Source: Paraspadella gotoi (Eukaryota > Animalia > Chaetognatha). From it: DNA of 64,000 nucleotides. The notes under the pieces are model-generated. The model was given only the letters and a program-made list of their open reading frames with translations. It was not told the origin of the DNA and made no database searches. A program made the position numbers and the translations under genes. The stretch covers positions 21,669 through 85,668 of the forward strand of contig JBJCIZ010000836.1 of the NCBI GenBank assembly GCA_051294375.1, read 5' to 3'. Positions 1-12,440 of the stretch are shown piece by piece (the stretch's first letter is position 1; every line of letters starts with the position of its first letter).

Positions 1-189
1 TAGGATTCGAATCCCACTCAAGGTAAACTTTTACAATAAACTGCTATGTCCCAAAAGTGGTCGTAGAGCAATGGCTTACCGAAGGGGAGTAGCCATATGA
101 GTCCTCGATAACAAGACAAAAAACTCGCTTTCAAATTATCATTTCTACTCGAGTTACAGAGCTTGCCGTCTCAGAAATTCTAGACGGAT

Positions 190-1132
190 GCTACTGTACA
201 TATAATTAAAAGAGAAAAATCAGTTAATTAATAAATAATTAATCAGTCAATTTATCAATCAATTAATTATTCAATCAATCAATTTATTTATCTATTAATT
301 AATTATTTAATCAATCAATTCATTTATCTATTGTTTGATTATTCAATCAATCAATCAAGTCAATCATTATCGGCATTATTCTCTTCGTCGTCATTGCTTT
401 TGTTATGGTTAGTGACGAAAATACCTAAAACAAACATTTCAAATCAAAAAATTAACTAATTGCCTAATTAATTTGCTCATGAGTGGATGTGGCAATTGAC
501 CTAGAATTTTGTATTGGGTAGGATGTGTGATTGAACAGGAAAACAAGTTTCGATGGAATCGTTTGAGTGGAAATGAGTTTAAATGGAAAAAAACAAAAAT
601 TGATTATGCTTCTTTTTCCTTTTATATTAAATGTATATGCAGGATGTACTAATAATAAATCAAATAATAATCAGTTAATTAATAAATTAGTCAATTAATC
701 AATAATTAATTAATCAGTCAATTAATCCGTCATCCGTCCCACCTTAGTAAAAAGCTCCAATAACTCGTGATTGGCTGGTTGAATTGGAATGAAATTTTGT
801 GTGTGGGTGGAAAATGTGTGACGAAGCTTGATATAAAGTTTCGGGGAAACGTACGAGTGGAAATGAGTTTAAATGAAAAAAATATGAGTCACATTTACTT
901 GAATCTTTTTATTTATTTTTAACCCATGATAGATTGAGATGAAATTTTGTGGCAGAAGCCAGATATAAAGTTTTGACGGAATTGTGCAAGTGGAAATGAG
1001 TTTAAATGGATATAATGATTACTAATAAATGTTTTAATTAATTAATTAATTTAATGTGAAAAAATGATGCAATTTAAAAAAATTATGCTAGTTAAAAAAT
1101 CTTAAAAGCAAATCATCGCAATTGCATAAAAA

Positions 1133-1163
<31 letters not shown>

Positions 1164-1490
1164 CATAAAATAAAATATAATTAATTAATTAATTCATTTA
1201 AAATTAATTAATTAATAAATTATAATAATTATTTATTAATAATTAATAATTAATTAATTAATTAATAAATTATTAATAATTATTAATAATTAATAATTAA
1301 TTAATAATTAATTAATTAAAAATTAATTAATTAATAAATTAATAATAATTATTTATTAATAATTATTTATTAATAATTAATTAATAATTAATTAATAATT
1401 AATTAATAATTAATTAATTAATAACTAATTAATTAATAATTAATTAATTAATTATCGTAGGCAGATACGACATTGTTTGCTCAAACTTGT
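190..1490 (+). mobile_element. Partial Helentron-type non-autonomous element (HINE/DINE-1-like), 3' part
   Basis: Shares internal blocks with 9655-10440 and 11578-12440 (gagtggaaatgagtttaaatgg, ccgtcc repeats, TAAT-rich tracts). Ends in gcagatacgacattgtttgctcaaacttgtt (~1460-1490), the same 3' end as those copies. Confidence 0.7.
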
Positions 1491-1519
1491 TGCTAAATAA
1501 ATGAAAATTTAAAAAAATG

Positions 1520-2130
1520 AAAAACATCAGATTTGGCCCAAAATAATTATCTCCAATTTGATGTTTTTAGAAATATAAAATGTTTGCTCGTTTTCTTTAT
1601 TCTTAATTATGAACAAAAAATTCTGATTTTTTTCAACTAAAAAATTCAATTATTTTAATAAATAAAAATGCCCTGTCTTCAAAGTTGTACATATTTTTGT
1701 TTCAAATTAATCATGGATTATCATAAAAATATAGATTTATGGCTACTACCCTCCAAATTCATGGATCTTCTTGTAGAAAAGACATCAGGGCAAAAAAGTC
1801 AGGCTTATATGAAAAAATGATAAAAAAAATTGATTTGACCAAGGCTCATTCATAATTATGTTTTTGCATAAAAAATAAAAATATAAAAAAATAAAAAACA
1901 TCAGATTTTACGCAAATTGATTACCTCCAATCTGATGTTTTTAGAAATGAAATATGTTTACTCGTTTTCTTTAATTATAATTATGAACGCAAAAAATATT
2001 ATTTACGAAAAACTGGAAAATTCAATTTTTTTATTAAAGAAAAATGTCCTATCATCAAAGTTGTGCATATTTTTTATTCAAATTTATCATGAATGATCAC
2101 AACAACATAGATTTACCGCTACTACCCTCC
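1520..2130. repeat. Diverged direct duplication (~1520-1760 vs ~1895-2130), likely DNA-transposon subterminal sequence
   Basis: aaaacatcagattt...ctgatgtttttagaaat...caaagttgt(a/g)catatttt...gctactaccctcca occurs twice. Confidence 0.55.
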
Positions 2131-3016
2131 ATTTTTGTTTTTTTTGTCATAACAAAGATATCAGTGCAAAAAAGTAAAATATTTGATAAAAAGTAGAAAC
2201 CTGTTTGTCAGTCTAAATTTCTGATTTATTAATTGATTATGAACAAGCCCTGATTCAAAATTGACGCAAAAAATATGTAAAGGCTTGGTCTGCTCTAACA
2301 GAATATGTATTAAAAATGCGTTTTTTAAACCATTTTGTGACAGTACCATATTTTCAAAAAAATACAGTAAAAAATTTTGTCACACCTTTTTCATATTTTT
2401 TTTTCAACGATTGGACCTTGTTAATCTTCTCACAGGGAAATAACGGTCCTTCACATTGTATCTGAACCTTCTGAGTACCAAATGGCTGCATAATTGATAA
2501 TATTGGGTAAAGGAGTTATCTCTGAGATCAATAAATTTGTGCAAAAGTAGGCTGAAGCTCCCTTTTAGCTTTTATCTTGCATTGCGACTTAATACAGCTT
2601 TTTAAGATTTTTTGGTTTTATTAATGAAAATTTTAAAAACTATAAAATTCAGCCAATGATAATGATAATTATAACTTTTAAAGGTTTTTCTATTTTTAAC
2701 CAATTTATTGTCAAAATTTAAAAAAAAAATGTAGTACTAACTTTCATTTAACTTTTCAAGCTCTAAAGGAATTCGTTCTTAAAAAATTAAAATTTTAAAA
2801 TTTGTTTTCCCATTTTTTTTATATATTAATAAATATTTATAAGCTTCAGTGCAACAACCCAAAGAACTAATTTAAAAGTTGCATTGAAAATTGATTTAGT
2901 AATAGAAGGGAAAACATTTTTGGAGAGATTTAGAAGTTATAAAAAGTGTTCAATTTTGGCCCGCGTTAATATATATACTTATATATTACAAGCAACATTA
3001 AACATTATTTAGATTC

Positions 3017-3194
3017 GGAGCTGCAGCGGGAGCTTGAGCTGGAGCTGTCTCAAAATTTTTATGGGATCTGGAGCTGGAGCTGGACAAAAATACTGTATAG
3101 GTTGGAGCCGGAGTTGGAGCTGGAGCTGAAATTTTTTTGTCGGAGTTGGAGTGGAGCTGGAGCTGGAATAAAAATGGACAGCTCCACAACCCTG
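3017..3194. mobile_element. hAT-like transposon end with GGAGCT/GGAGCC subterminal repeats
   Basis: Array of ggagct(g)/ggagccg hexamers ending in gctccacaaccctg (reverse complement CAGGGTTGTGGAGC), a typical hAT-type terminus. Confidence 0.55.
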
Positions 3195-3683
3195 GGTCTG
3201 TAGAATAAAAGTTCAAATATTTGGTGCGACTTTCTTCAAAACATCAGAGGAACTCGTGTTAAACCCTTCGAATGGGCGAAGCTAAAATCTCCATTAATGT
3301 GAAGACAAAACGTGTTCACAATTTTTAAAGGGTTATTACTTACTTACGTCGATAGTACAGAAAAATTTAGTACTCTCTAATGCTTAATATTACGATCATA
3401 TGTTTTCTTATTATACAATACGAAGAAAAAAAGATTTTAATTTTATTTCTGTAAGGGGAAATAAGAGAGAAAGAGCATGGATAAGAGGAAGAGTGATTAG
3501 TCGGAATGCACAGCGAGAATCGGTGAGAAGGAGGGAAAGAGAGATAGACCATAAAGAAGGAGATGGAGAGAATCGCTGAAGGGAAAAACGACGAAGACAG
3601 AGTCAAATGAGACGAAAGAAGAGGATGAAAAACATGAAAAGAAAATCGTGGGTTTCAACCAAAAGAAAATGTTTTGACGGAGC

Positions 3684-3729
<46 letters not shown>

Positions 3730-4332
3730 AAGAGAGGGAGAGAGAGAGAGCAATAAAAAGAGAGAGAGAGAGAGAAAAATTGTTTTTTCCACGGAAATCT
3801 AGTAGGATTACGGAAGAAGGCGGAAAGGAGTAAAAAGCAGATGAGAGAAGCAGAGGATTGAGTGTGATTATTAGAAAATTCTTAACTCGGTGAAGTAGAA
3901 CCAGTGGACGCAGATAGTTTGTCTACCGAGAGAGACTGAGATATCTCTCTCTAGCTCTCTCCTCCTCTTCTCCCCCGGTCAACCTCAGTCAGACTTTGGA
4001 TCGCCAATTTAGTTTGATAGATTCTGCTCGCTTGGACTAATTTCCCTCGGATTATCAACCATTTTCTTACGGCTTTTACGCTGGCTTTTGCATCGACTTG
4101 TACTACATTTATTGAATGATTTATGACGGATTTCTTTTGGATTATATTTTGATTTCTCTACGATTTCTTTTTCATTTTTCGTCGAGATTTATTGACAGTA
4201 TATATATTTATTGTCGGTTGCGGTATTTAGCCGAGCCTCTCCTGGACTAATGATTAGTACTACGTAGTTCAAATCTTATGGAGCCCACTTTTTCGCTCGT
4301 TAAGCAACGAAAGTTGATCCCCCGGAACGCGG

Positions 4333-4445
4333 CTTTTTATCGAGCCATGACCGGCGAAGCCGGTTCAGGCTCTATAATGATTTAGGATTGCTTCTTTGTG
4401 ACGTAGTCGTCGTCGTCGTCGTCGTCGTCGTCCGTCACGCTGTTT
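4333..4445 (+). mobile_element. 5' end of a second Helentron/HINE-like family
   Basis: T-run, then a gagcc...accggcgaagccggt...ggctc hairpin, then ctataatg and a (GTC)n microsatellite. Same layout as the HINE 5' ends at 9655. 3' end not located. Confidence 0.5.
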
Positions 4446-5060
4446 TTATATAAAAACTACTACGCTTTTATAGGTTTGGCTGTGACTTACCGTTTTTTTT
4501 TAAATAAAAATTATTATGAATTATTATAAAGTTTTACAAAAGTGTGCGATCATAGTAAGTTAAAAATTTAGATATGGCTTCACATCTTGAAATAGCTTTG
4601 ATATTTTCTTATTACATTTGGATTTAAGTATTTTTTGTTTGAATTTCAACTTCATTATGATTTACTGCAATATGCAAATGAGATTATAGTACTCATTATA
4701 ATATACAAATTAGTATATAGAAATGCTTTAATCTAATTTACATATTGCAGTATATAATATTGAAGATGAAATTCAAAATTTTTTTAAAAATCTATAATAA
4801 AAATGGGAACTCCAAATAACTTTTTAATGAGAAGCTATATCTTAATTTTAATACAAATAAAAATAAAATCTTTTACAAGCTGCGATTGGAAAAAATTGAA
4901 AAAATTTCCAATTGTAAACCATTGTAACATTTTTTACCTTTCATTTATTTATTTTTTAATTATATATATTTTTTTTTCAGGCGCTGCCTTTTCTGAATTG
5001 TTTAAAAACGAGATCAATCTCTCTCTCTCTTTGTGAAAAAAAAATATATTTGATCAGGCG

Positions 5061-7342
5061 CTAGTGGAGCGGCGCCGGGGAAGCTGCTGCTGGAAGTGGC
5101 GCCGCCGACGCCTCCTCGAAGAATTCCACGTCGAGGTCCCGCACCCCGAGAAGATTAGGGGCGCCGGACTCCGAGGGAGAGGAGGAGATGGGCGACCAAT
5201 GGACAGGCAGAGATAAGGCCAAGGGGACTGAGACCGGCGTCACATCAATGATCTCCGGCGTCACCTCTACCTCTATGATTTCCGGCGACCCGATGGGAGA
5301 GTCACTTATCCAATGGATGGTGGGTTCCCGCCGGGGGCGGACGGCAGTGGAGGTAGACGCCGGGACGAGGAAGGGCACTGGCGCGAAGATGGCGTCCGGT
5401 TGCACTGGCGCAATCGATGTTATCCTGTCTCCCGTCGGGGAGAGTTCGACGAGTTCGACATTCTTGACGGGATCGGATGCACCGGGAGTGGATGTGAAGT
5501 TAAGACCGGACGCGGAGCACGAGGGTGATGTGAGATCCGGGAGGACCGGCGAGATAAGCGCCGGATCCACCACGCGGAGTTGGGGCGCCGGGCCCGTGGC
5601 GTCAGCCATGGTATACCTCGATCTCGGTCGACGGCCTTTGGGGAGTCGTGGATGACAGTCACGACGCCGGCGGATTCGGAAGTCCACGCTTGATTCCCCA
5701 GATGGGGAAATGGGGCGTGGAAAGGGATCCGGAGCGCCTCGGGGAAGAGACGCTAGCGAAGCCGGAACCCGACAACCGAAGAGCTGATGAAATGGAACCG
5801 GCGTCGGCGCTGATCCATCGGCGGCAGGTGGCGGAAGAGGTTCACACCTGGAGGGCAGATCCGGAGAGTGGCGGTATCCGCGGATCCAGGGGGAGCGCTG
5901 GAACAACCGGCGTTCCCAAAGAACCTGCTGACGCTCATCTGCAGGGCCGAGGTGATGTCGAGGATGGGGAAAGCGGATGAGGAGAGCTCCGCACAAGCTG
6001 TGTTGAGACCGCCGGGGGAGCGTCTCCGCTTCCCACCCCGACACACCCATCTCCCCTGGAGTGTCATCAGAAGCGCCGTCTCGAAACTCCGCGGGGCAAG
6101 GGCAGACTGGACAGCAGTCACAGCCTCTCCTACCCCCTTGGAGGCAGCCCTAAAGACAGATAAAAAAGAAAATTTAATTTTCTTCAAGTTTGGTAAAGGT
6201 TCGAGTAATGAGCAAACAAATATGACCGGAAGTGAACGAAAATCAGAGTGAACAAAGTCAAGTGAATGAATTGAGTGAAATCGATTCAAGATTGATTTAG
6301 GTTAGTTTAATTTAAATGAGCAAGCCTTACCCGGTAGGCGCGGTGGAGCCGCGGGGCGGCGTACACGAGGTGAGGGTCAGATCCACACCTTTCGGTGTGC
6401 ATCGCCTCGAGAGTGAAGCTTGGAGGATCGCAGCACGTGGAGCCGTCGCGCTCCCGTGCCACGAAGATGCCTCTGCCGAACGCGAGACGGAGCTCGACCG
6501 GCGTCATTTCACGGTGGCTGATGTACCGCCGGATCCAGGTGAAGAGCCAGCGAAGCTCCTCCCGGGAGAGGAGTTCCACCGGGGTTGGAGATAGACCCCG
6601 GGGGAGATACGCTGGCGTCCTTACCGGCGGTAGCGGAGGCCGAGGAGCGGCGGCTTTGGAGGAGGCGCTGGGATCGGCGTCGGGCGAATCGCCGTCGTCC
6701 TCCTGGTCCACCAGCCGAATGGGTGGAGGCTGGAGAAGTCTAAAAAGAGGAAAAGAAAAATGTCAAAAATGACTAAAAAAAGTTTCAAACTAAAAAATAA
6801 TCGATTATAAACAAAAACGTGACCGACCAATTATTCTTAAAGAGAAAACGAGTAAATAATCATTAAACAAATAGCCGGATTGCCTTAAAATCTCCTACTA
6901 ATTGTACCCCGAAAATATTTACAGCCACTATTAATTATATGTTAATCGTTGTGTCGTAATCTTTTAAATACTGGTGAATACTAGTTATGTAACCTAGGTG
7001 TTGTCAATGCTAATGTATCATGCATTGTGATATTGTCAATTTAAAGTCGAAAGATAATCGGCTTTGCATCGCCAGTGGTGCCTATCCGTTCGAGGTGAAA
7101 ATCGTAATTGTCAAAGATTTCCTATTTTTAAAGAAAAGTTCGGGGATCATAAACAAACGATTGTTTTCATTTAACTCCTATTCTGTCGATTTTCGTTCGT
7201 AAATGTTTAGTGATAATATTGTGATAATATTTTGTCATTTTCTTTTGTCATTTTCCGTGGACTTAGCCGACCCCTTTTCCTTTGGAAAAACTTACCCCAG
7301 GGAAATAAGTGTAAGAAAAGTGAGGCCCGAGGCGAGGCGCAT
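5061..7342 (-). CDS. Spliced orphan gene (~514 aa): hydrophobic N-terminus, Cys-rich middle, Pro/Ser-rich tail. Exons 7342-7296, 6739-6331, 6149-5061
   Basis: GT-AG introns with consistent phases (2, 0) join MRLASGLTFLTLISLG to ORFs 6307-6711 and 5061-6050. Contains CCDPPSF...RC...GCLQGGRRGCDCCPVCPCP. GC-rich exons in AT-rich DNA. Confidence 0.65.
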
Positions 7343-7453
7343 GTTGTCTGTCGTTGTTGTTAGAAAATAAAATTAAAATTTGACGAGAGTGGCGGACAAC
7401 GCGGGGGAAAAATTGTTTAGGAGCAAATGAGTAAGACTCCTTTCCCCGATCCC

Positions 7454-7460
7454 TTTTATA
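7454..7460 (-). promoter_or_regulatory. TATA box (TATAAAA) upstream of the 5061-7342 gene
   Basis: ctTATAAAAggg on the minus strand, ~110 nt upstream of the ATG at 7342. Confidence 0.45.
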
Positions 7461-8522
7461 GAAGGGCAAGCGCCGGGCCGGCATCGCGACGCGATGCGGG
7501 GCCCTCAACGCCGACGGGGAAAAAACGAGAGTCATCATCAATGTCTGATAGGGGGATAAGGGGAAAGAACAAGTGACATCCCTCTGAAGTCAGATGATTG
7601 AGAATAAAGATTTTGGGTCCGTGTTTTCAAAACAAAAAGTTTTACGACTCGCTTGAGGACAAGCGGGCTGAGGCCTTTTTCCGTTGGGGGAGAGGGTGAA
7701 GCGGCTAAGAGAGAGAGAGGGAGAGCGACGGAGATATCGAGAGAGAAAGCGAAAGCGACGAATATCGAGAGAGAGAGGGAGAGCGACGGATACAGAGAGA
7801 GAGATAGATTGGCTTTTTCGTTTGACCTGCAACTCTTCTGATAGGTTTCTTTTATTTTATATTATAATTAAAACCGATATAAAATGGCGTAGAATGTATC
7901 ATATGTTTAAAGTAAATACATTTTTGGAATCGCCAGGACCTCAGCTTTCTGAAATTGTACTCCATTATGGCCTATTTTGAGGTTGATTTGAATGACCCTT
8001 TTTCTGAAATAGCGCGAGTTGATCCGCGGAGACAGCGTTTTTCGCGGTCTGTTTTTGCCGATTACTTTTGAACGCTTAGTCCGATTTTCATGAAATTTTG
8101 GATTTCGGCTAATTTCGCAATTCTCCTTTCCACGATACCAAATTTATATAGGAAATACGTCTAGTTTCGAAACGACTTGCATCCCCATATATATCATATT
8201 ATATTATATTATAATATATATATATATATATATATATTATATCATATTATATGTATTTTTCTTCCTATTTTTGTCAGTTTCTGCCTCTTCTGAACCCTTT
8301 AAAAACGAGTGAAGGCTATGCAGTGATTGTACAACTGTCTTCCAGCGGCTGTCCAGCTTTCTCTCTTTCTCTCTCTGTCTCTCTCTGTCTCTGTCTGTCT
8401 CTTTCTTTCTCTTTCTGTCTCTCTCAGTCTCTCTCCCTCTTTCTGTACGATCTCTTGCATGATCGTTTTTGAAAAATTTTGATTAATTTTTTTCCTTTTA
8501 AAAACTTTTATTATCGCCATTT

Positions 8523-9618
8523 TAGGAGTCTACGTCGTTCTTAGAAATCGAGGAAGACTTTTCAATGGAGATTTTCATTAAAATCTGACTACCAAACAAT
8601 GTAAACGCCCCTGGGAAAAATTCAGGTAAAAAATAGATGTAAAAACACTCAATTTAGATCCTTTTGCATCTCAAGAGCTCGCATTTTTTTCCTCTTGACA
8701 AATAACCATCATTTTGGCATCAAACCATCAGATTCAAATGGTAGGACTAAGCTCTGACAAACAAAGCCAGAGGTTTTTTTAATATATTCTTAAACCGGCC
8801 AAGGTAGAATGATGGCAATATTGTTAATATTAAGTTTCAAAAAAATCCTACCATAAATATAGAAAATATCAACCAAAATTTTCGGAAAATCCACCCCTTC
8901 TTTGGAAGATTTTTGCCATAGAAGATTTTTACTGAATCTGACTCCCGGTTGAAAACTCTTAGAATTCCGATCGTTAGATCCTCTTACTTTTACTACTTTA
9001 AATAAAAATTTCACCAAAATGGACTAATTCACTTTCCCAAGATTGTATCGTATCAAAATAACCAAATAAAATGTAAAGAAAAATTTTGAGAGCCCTTCAG
9101 ACATATGGCTATCGGATTCCTGAATTTGAAGTTTATTGTAAAATCACAACATATGTTAAATGCGTTGACATTGTATTGAAGTTGAGAAATCCCTTTATTT
9201 TATATATAAAAATTGCATCGAAAATATTTTCCCGAGCGGACCAGTCCATTTGAATCTGATGGTTTGATGTCAAATAGATGGTTATTTGTCAAGAGAAAAA
9301 AAATGCGAGCCCTTCAGATGCAACAGGATCGGAATCGAGTGTTTTTACTTCTATTTTTTACTTGTATTTTTCCCAGGGGCGTTGACATTATTTGGTAGTC
9401 AGATTTTAACGAAAATATCCATTGAAAAAGTCTTCCTCGATTTCTAAGAACGACGTAGACTCCTACAAATGGACTGGTCAACTCAGAAAAATATTTTTGA
9501 TGCAATTTTTATATATAAAATAAAGGGATTTCTAGACTTCAATACAATGTAAACGCATTTAAGGTATGTTGTGATTTTACCATAAACTTTGAATTCAGGA
9601 ATCCAATAGCCATATGTC
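8523..9618 (-). mobile_element. Non-autonomous hAT-like element (outer copy, reverse orientation), interrupted by a copy of itself
   Basis: 8523-8741 and 9466-9618 are the reverse complement of the inner copy. Begins TAGGAGTCTAC. Confidence 0.65.
8742..9465 (+). mobile_element. Full-length non-autonomous hAT-like element (TAGGA...TCCTA termini)
   Basis: Starts TAGGACTAAG, ends GTAGACTCCTA, flanked by duplicated CAAATGG. Further copies start at 9619 and 42499. Confidence 0.7.
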
Positions 9619-9654
9619 TAGGACTAAGATCTGACGAAAAAAGCCAGAGGTTTT

Positions 9655-10440
9655 TAGTCGGATCTGCTTATCAGCAGATCCCCGACTCTATAATTCACTT
9701 TGTCGGTCCGTCGTGTCCGCCCCTCAATATTGTCGGGCAATCACTTATATCATGTCAGAACATCGAATTATGATAAATTATGCAAAAAAAACGATGTCCG
9801 TCCGTCCGTCCGTCCGTCCTACCTTAGCAAAAAACGCCAATTACTCGTGATTGTATGGATGGATTGGAATGAAATTTTGTGTGTTGGTAGGGAAGTGTGT
9901 GATTGAGCTGTATATGAAGTTTCGATCGAATTGTCCGAGTGGAAATGAGTTTAAATGGAAAAAAACAAAAAAATATATTTCACTATTTGAACACCAATTA
10001 TTCATGAGTGGATAGGGCGATTGACTTGAATTTTGTATTTGGTAGAAAAGTGTGTGATTAAACTGGAATTCAAGTTTCGATGGAATCGTTTGAGTGGAAA
10101 TGAGTTTAAATGGAAAAAACAAAGAACCTATTTCACTCATTGATTATGCTTCTTTTTCTTTTTATTTTAAATGTAAATACAAGATGTATTAAATAATTAA
10201 TCAGTTAATTAATCAATTAGTCAATTAATTAATCAATAATTAATTTATCAGTCAATTAATCAATCAAAACAAACATTTCTGATCAAATTAATTAATTAAT
10301 TGCCTAATTAATTAAATAATTAACTTGAATATATTAATTATTAATTAATTAAATAATTAATTAACTTGAATAATTATTAATTAATTAATTACCGATAATG
10401 ATCGTGGGCAGATCCGACATTGTTTGCTCAAACTTGTTTT
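9655..10440 (+). mobile_element. HINE/DINE-1-like Helentron-type element
   Basis: 5' gtcggatctgc-ttatca-gcagatccccgac hairpin/subterminal repeat and (CCGT)n microsatellite. 3' gcagatccgac plus short hairpin and cttgtt. Inserted without TSD into a T-run of the hAT-like copy at 9619. Confidence 0.8.
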
Positions 10441-10569
10441 AATGTTTTCTTATACTGGCCATGTAGAATGTTGGCAATATTGCTATGTTAAGTTTCAAAA
10501 AATCCGACCATAAATATAGAAAAATATTTAACCAAAATCTTTGGAAAATCCACCCCTTCTTTGGATCTT

Positions 10570-11565
10570 TTGTCGGATCTGCTTATCAGCAGATTCCGAC
10601 TCTATAATTCACTTTGTTGGTCTGTTGATCCCCCTCAAATCTTGTCGGTAAATTATTTTTGTCATATTAGAACATCAAATTATGATAAATTATGTTTAAT
10701 TGCGAAATTATTTCAGTTCAACAACAATTTTTATTTAAATAGATGTACTTGTTTCGGCTTTAATTCAAGCCTTCATCAGTGCTTTTTAGCACAACTTGAA
10801 TTTTTATTATTTATGCTCACACATAAATGTTTTAATTAATTAATTAATTAAAGCTAACAAATAATGCAATTTGGAAAAAATTATGTAAGTTAAAAAAATT
10901 ATTCAAGTTGAAAAAATTATGAAAGTTGAAAAAATGATTCAAGTTAACAAAATGATGCGAGTTGAAAAAATTATGCAAGTTGAAAAAATTATGCAAGTTG
11001 GAGAGGGGAGAAGGAAGGCTTGAAAAAGCCGAGATCGTGAGAGACGAGAGTGAGGCCGATCTCCAAGACCCTAATCCGTGACTCGGGGATGAGGAAGAAA
11101 TAGTGAAACAAGTAATTTTGCAACTTTCAGATGAATATGAAAAAAAAGATAATATAACTTAAAAATAAATAAAATATAATAAAACTATTAAACTATAATT
11201 AAACTATAATTAAACTATAATTAATTAAACTATAATTAAACTATGAAAAAAAAGGAAGAAAAAAAAACAAAGATCTAAAAAAAAAAAAGAAAGAGATAAA
11301 GAGAAAGAAAAAATAAGAATAAGAAAAAAATAAGGAAAAAAATGTAAGAAAAATAGAGAAAGAAAGAAAGGGAGAACGAAAGAACGAAACAAAAGATAAA
11401 AAGACAACAAAGTTAATAAAGAACCATAAATTAGAAATATTAAAATAAAAATAAAATAAATACAAAATATTACAAGATTTATCATAATTTATCATCTGAT
11501 TAGCTGCTTAGTGCGTACTGCTAAATTATCGTGGGCAGATCCGACCTTGTTTGCTCACACTTGTT
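10570..11565 (+). mobile_element. HINE/DINE-1-like element (mosaic interior)
   Basis: Same 5' hairpin at ~10572 and 3' gggcagatccgaccttgtttgctcacacttgtt at ~11533-11565. Confidence 0.65.
10746..10779 (-). ncRNA. Minimal hammerhead-ribozyme-like motif (Penelope type), possibly degenerate
   Basis: Minus strand reads CTGATGA-a-GGCTT-gaatta-AAGCC-GAAACAAGTA, with core boxes and a perfect stem II. Stem I pairs poorly. Confidence 0.45.
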
Positions 11566-11577
11566 CTATTAATTTTT

Positions 11578-12440
11578 TGTTAGATCTGCTTTCAGCAGAT
11601 CCCGACTCTATAATTCACTTTGTCGGTCCGTCGGTCCGCCCCCTCAATATTGTCTGGCACACACTTATATCACGTCAGAACATCAAATTATGATAAATTA
11701 TGCAAAAAAATGATGTCCGTCCATCCGTCTGTCTGTGTGTCTGTCCGTCCGTCCATCCTACCGTCCATCCGTCCGTCCATCCGTCCGTCCCACCTTAGCA
11801 AAAAACACCAATGACTCGTGATTGGATGGATGGACTTGAATGAAATTTTGTGTGTGGGTAAGGAAGTGTGTGATTGAGCTGGATATGAAGTTTCGATGGA
11901 ATCATCCAAGTGGAAATGAATTTAAATGGAAAAAACAAAAAAAATATATTTCACTATTTAAATACCAATTGCTCATGATTGGATGGGCTGATTGACCTAG
12001 AATTTTGTATGTGGGTAGGCAAGTGTGTGATTAAGCTGGAAATCAAGTTTCGATGGAATCGTTTGAGTGGAAATGAGTTTAAATGGAAAAAACAAAAAAC
12101 CTGTTTCACGAATTGATTATGCTTCTTTTTCCTTTTATATTAAATGTAAATGTAGGATATATTAATTAATCAAATAATTAATCAGTGAATTAATCAATTA
12201 GTTAATTAATTAATAACTAATTAATCAGTCAATCAATCAAGTCAGTCGTTATCGGCATTATTTTCATCGTCGTCATTGCTTTTATCGTGGTTAGTGACGA
12301 AAAAACCTAAAAACAAACATTTGGGATCAAATTAATTAATTAATTGCCTAATTAATTAATTAATTAATTAACTTGAATTATTTAATTATTAATTAATTAA
12401 TAATTAAATCAGATCCGACATTGTTTGCTCAAACTTGTTT
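11578..12440 (+). mobile_element. HINE/DINE-1-like element
   Basis: gatctgctttcagcagatcccgactctataa 5' end, (CCGT/CCAT)n tract, 3' cagatccgacattgtttgctcaaacttgtt. Confidence 0.8.

Noticed and set aside
3780-4330. Possible solo LTR or promoter-like segment
   Set aside because: No partner copy, TG..CA boundaries or TSD could be identified.
11225-11495. Hydrophobic Phe/Leu-rich ORFs (also those over (AG)n/(CT)n tracts elsewhere)
   Set aside because: Translations of A-rich or microsatellite low-complexity DNA.
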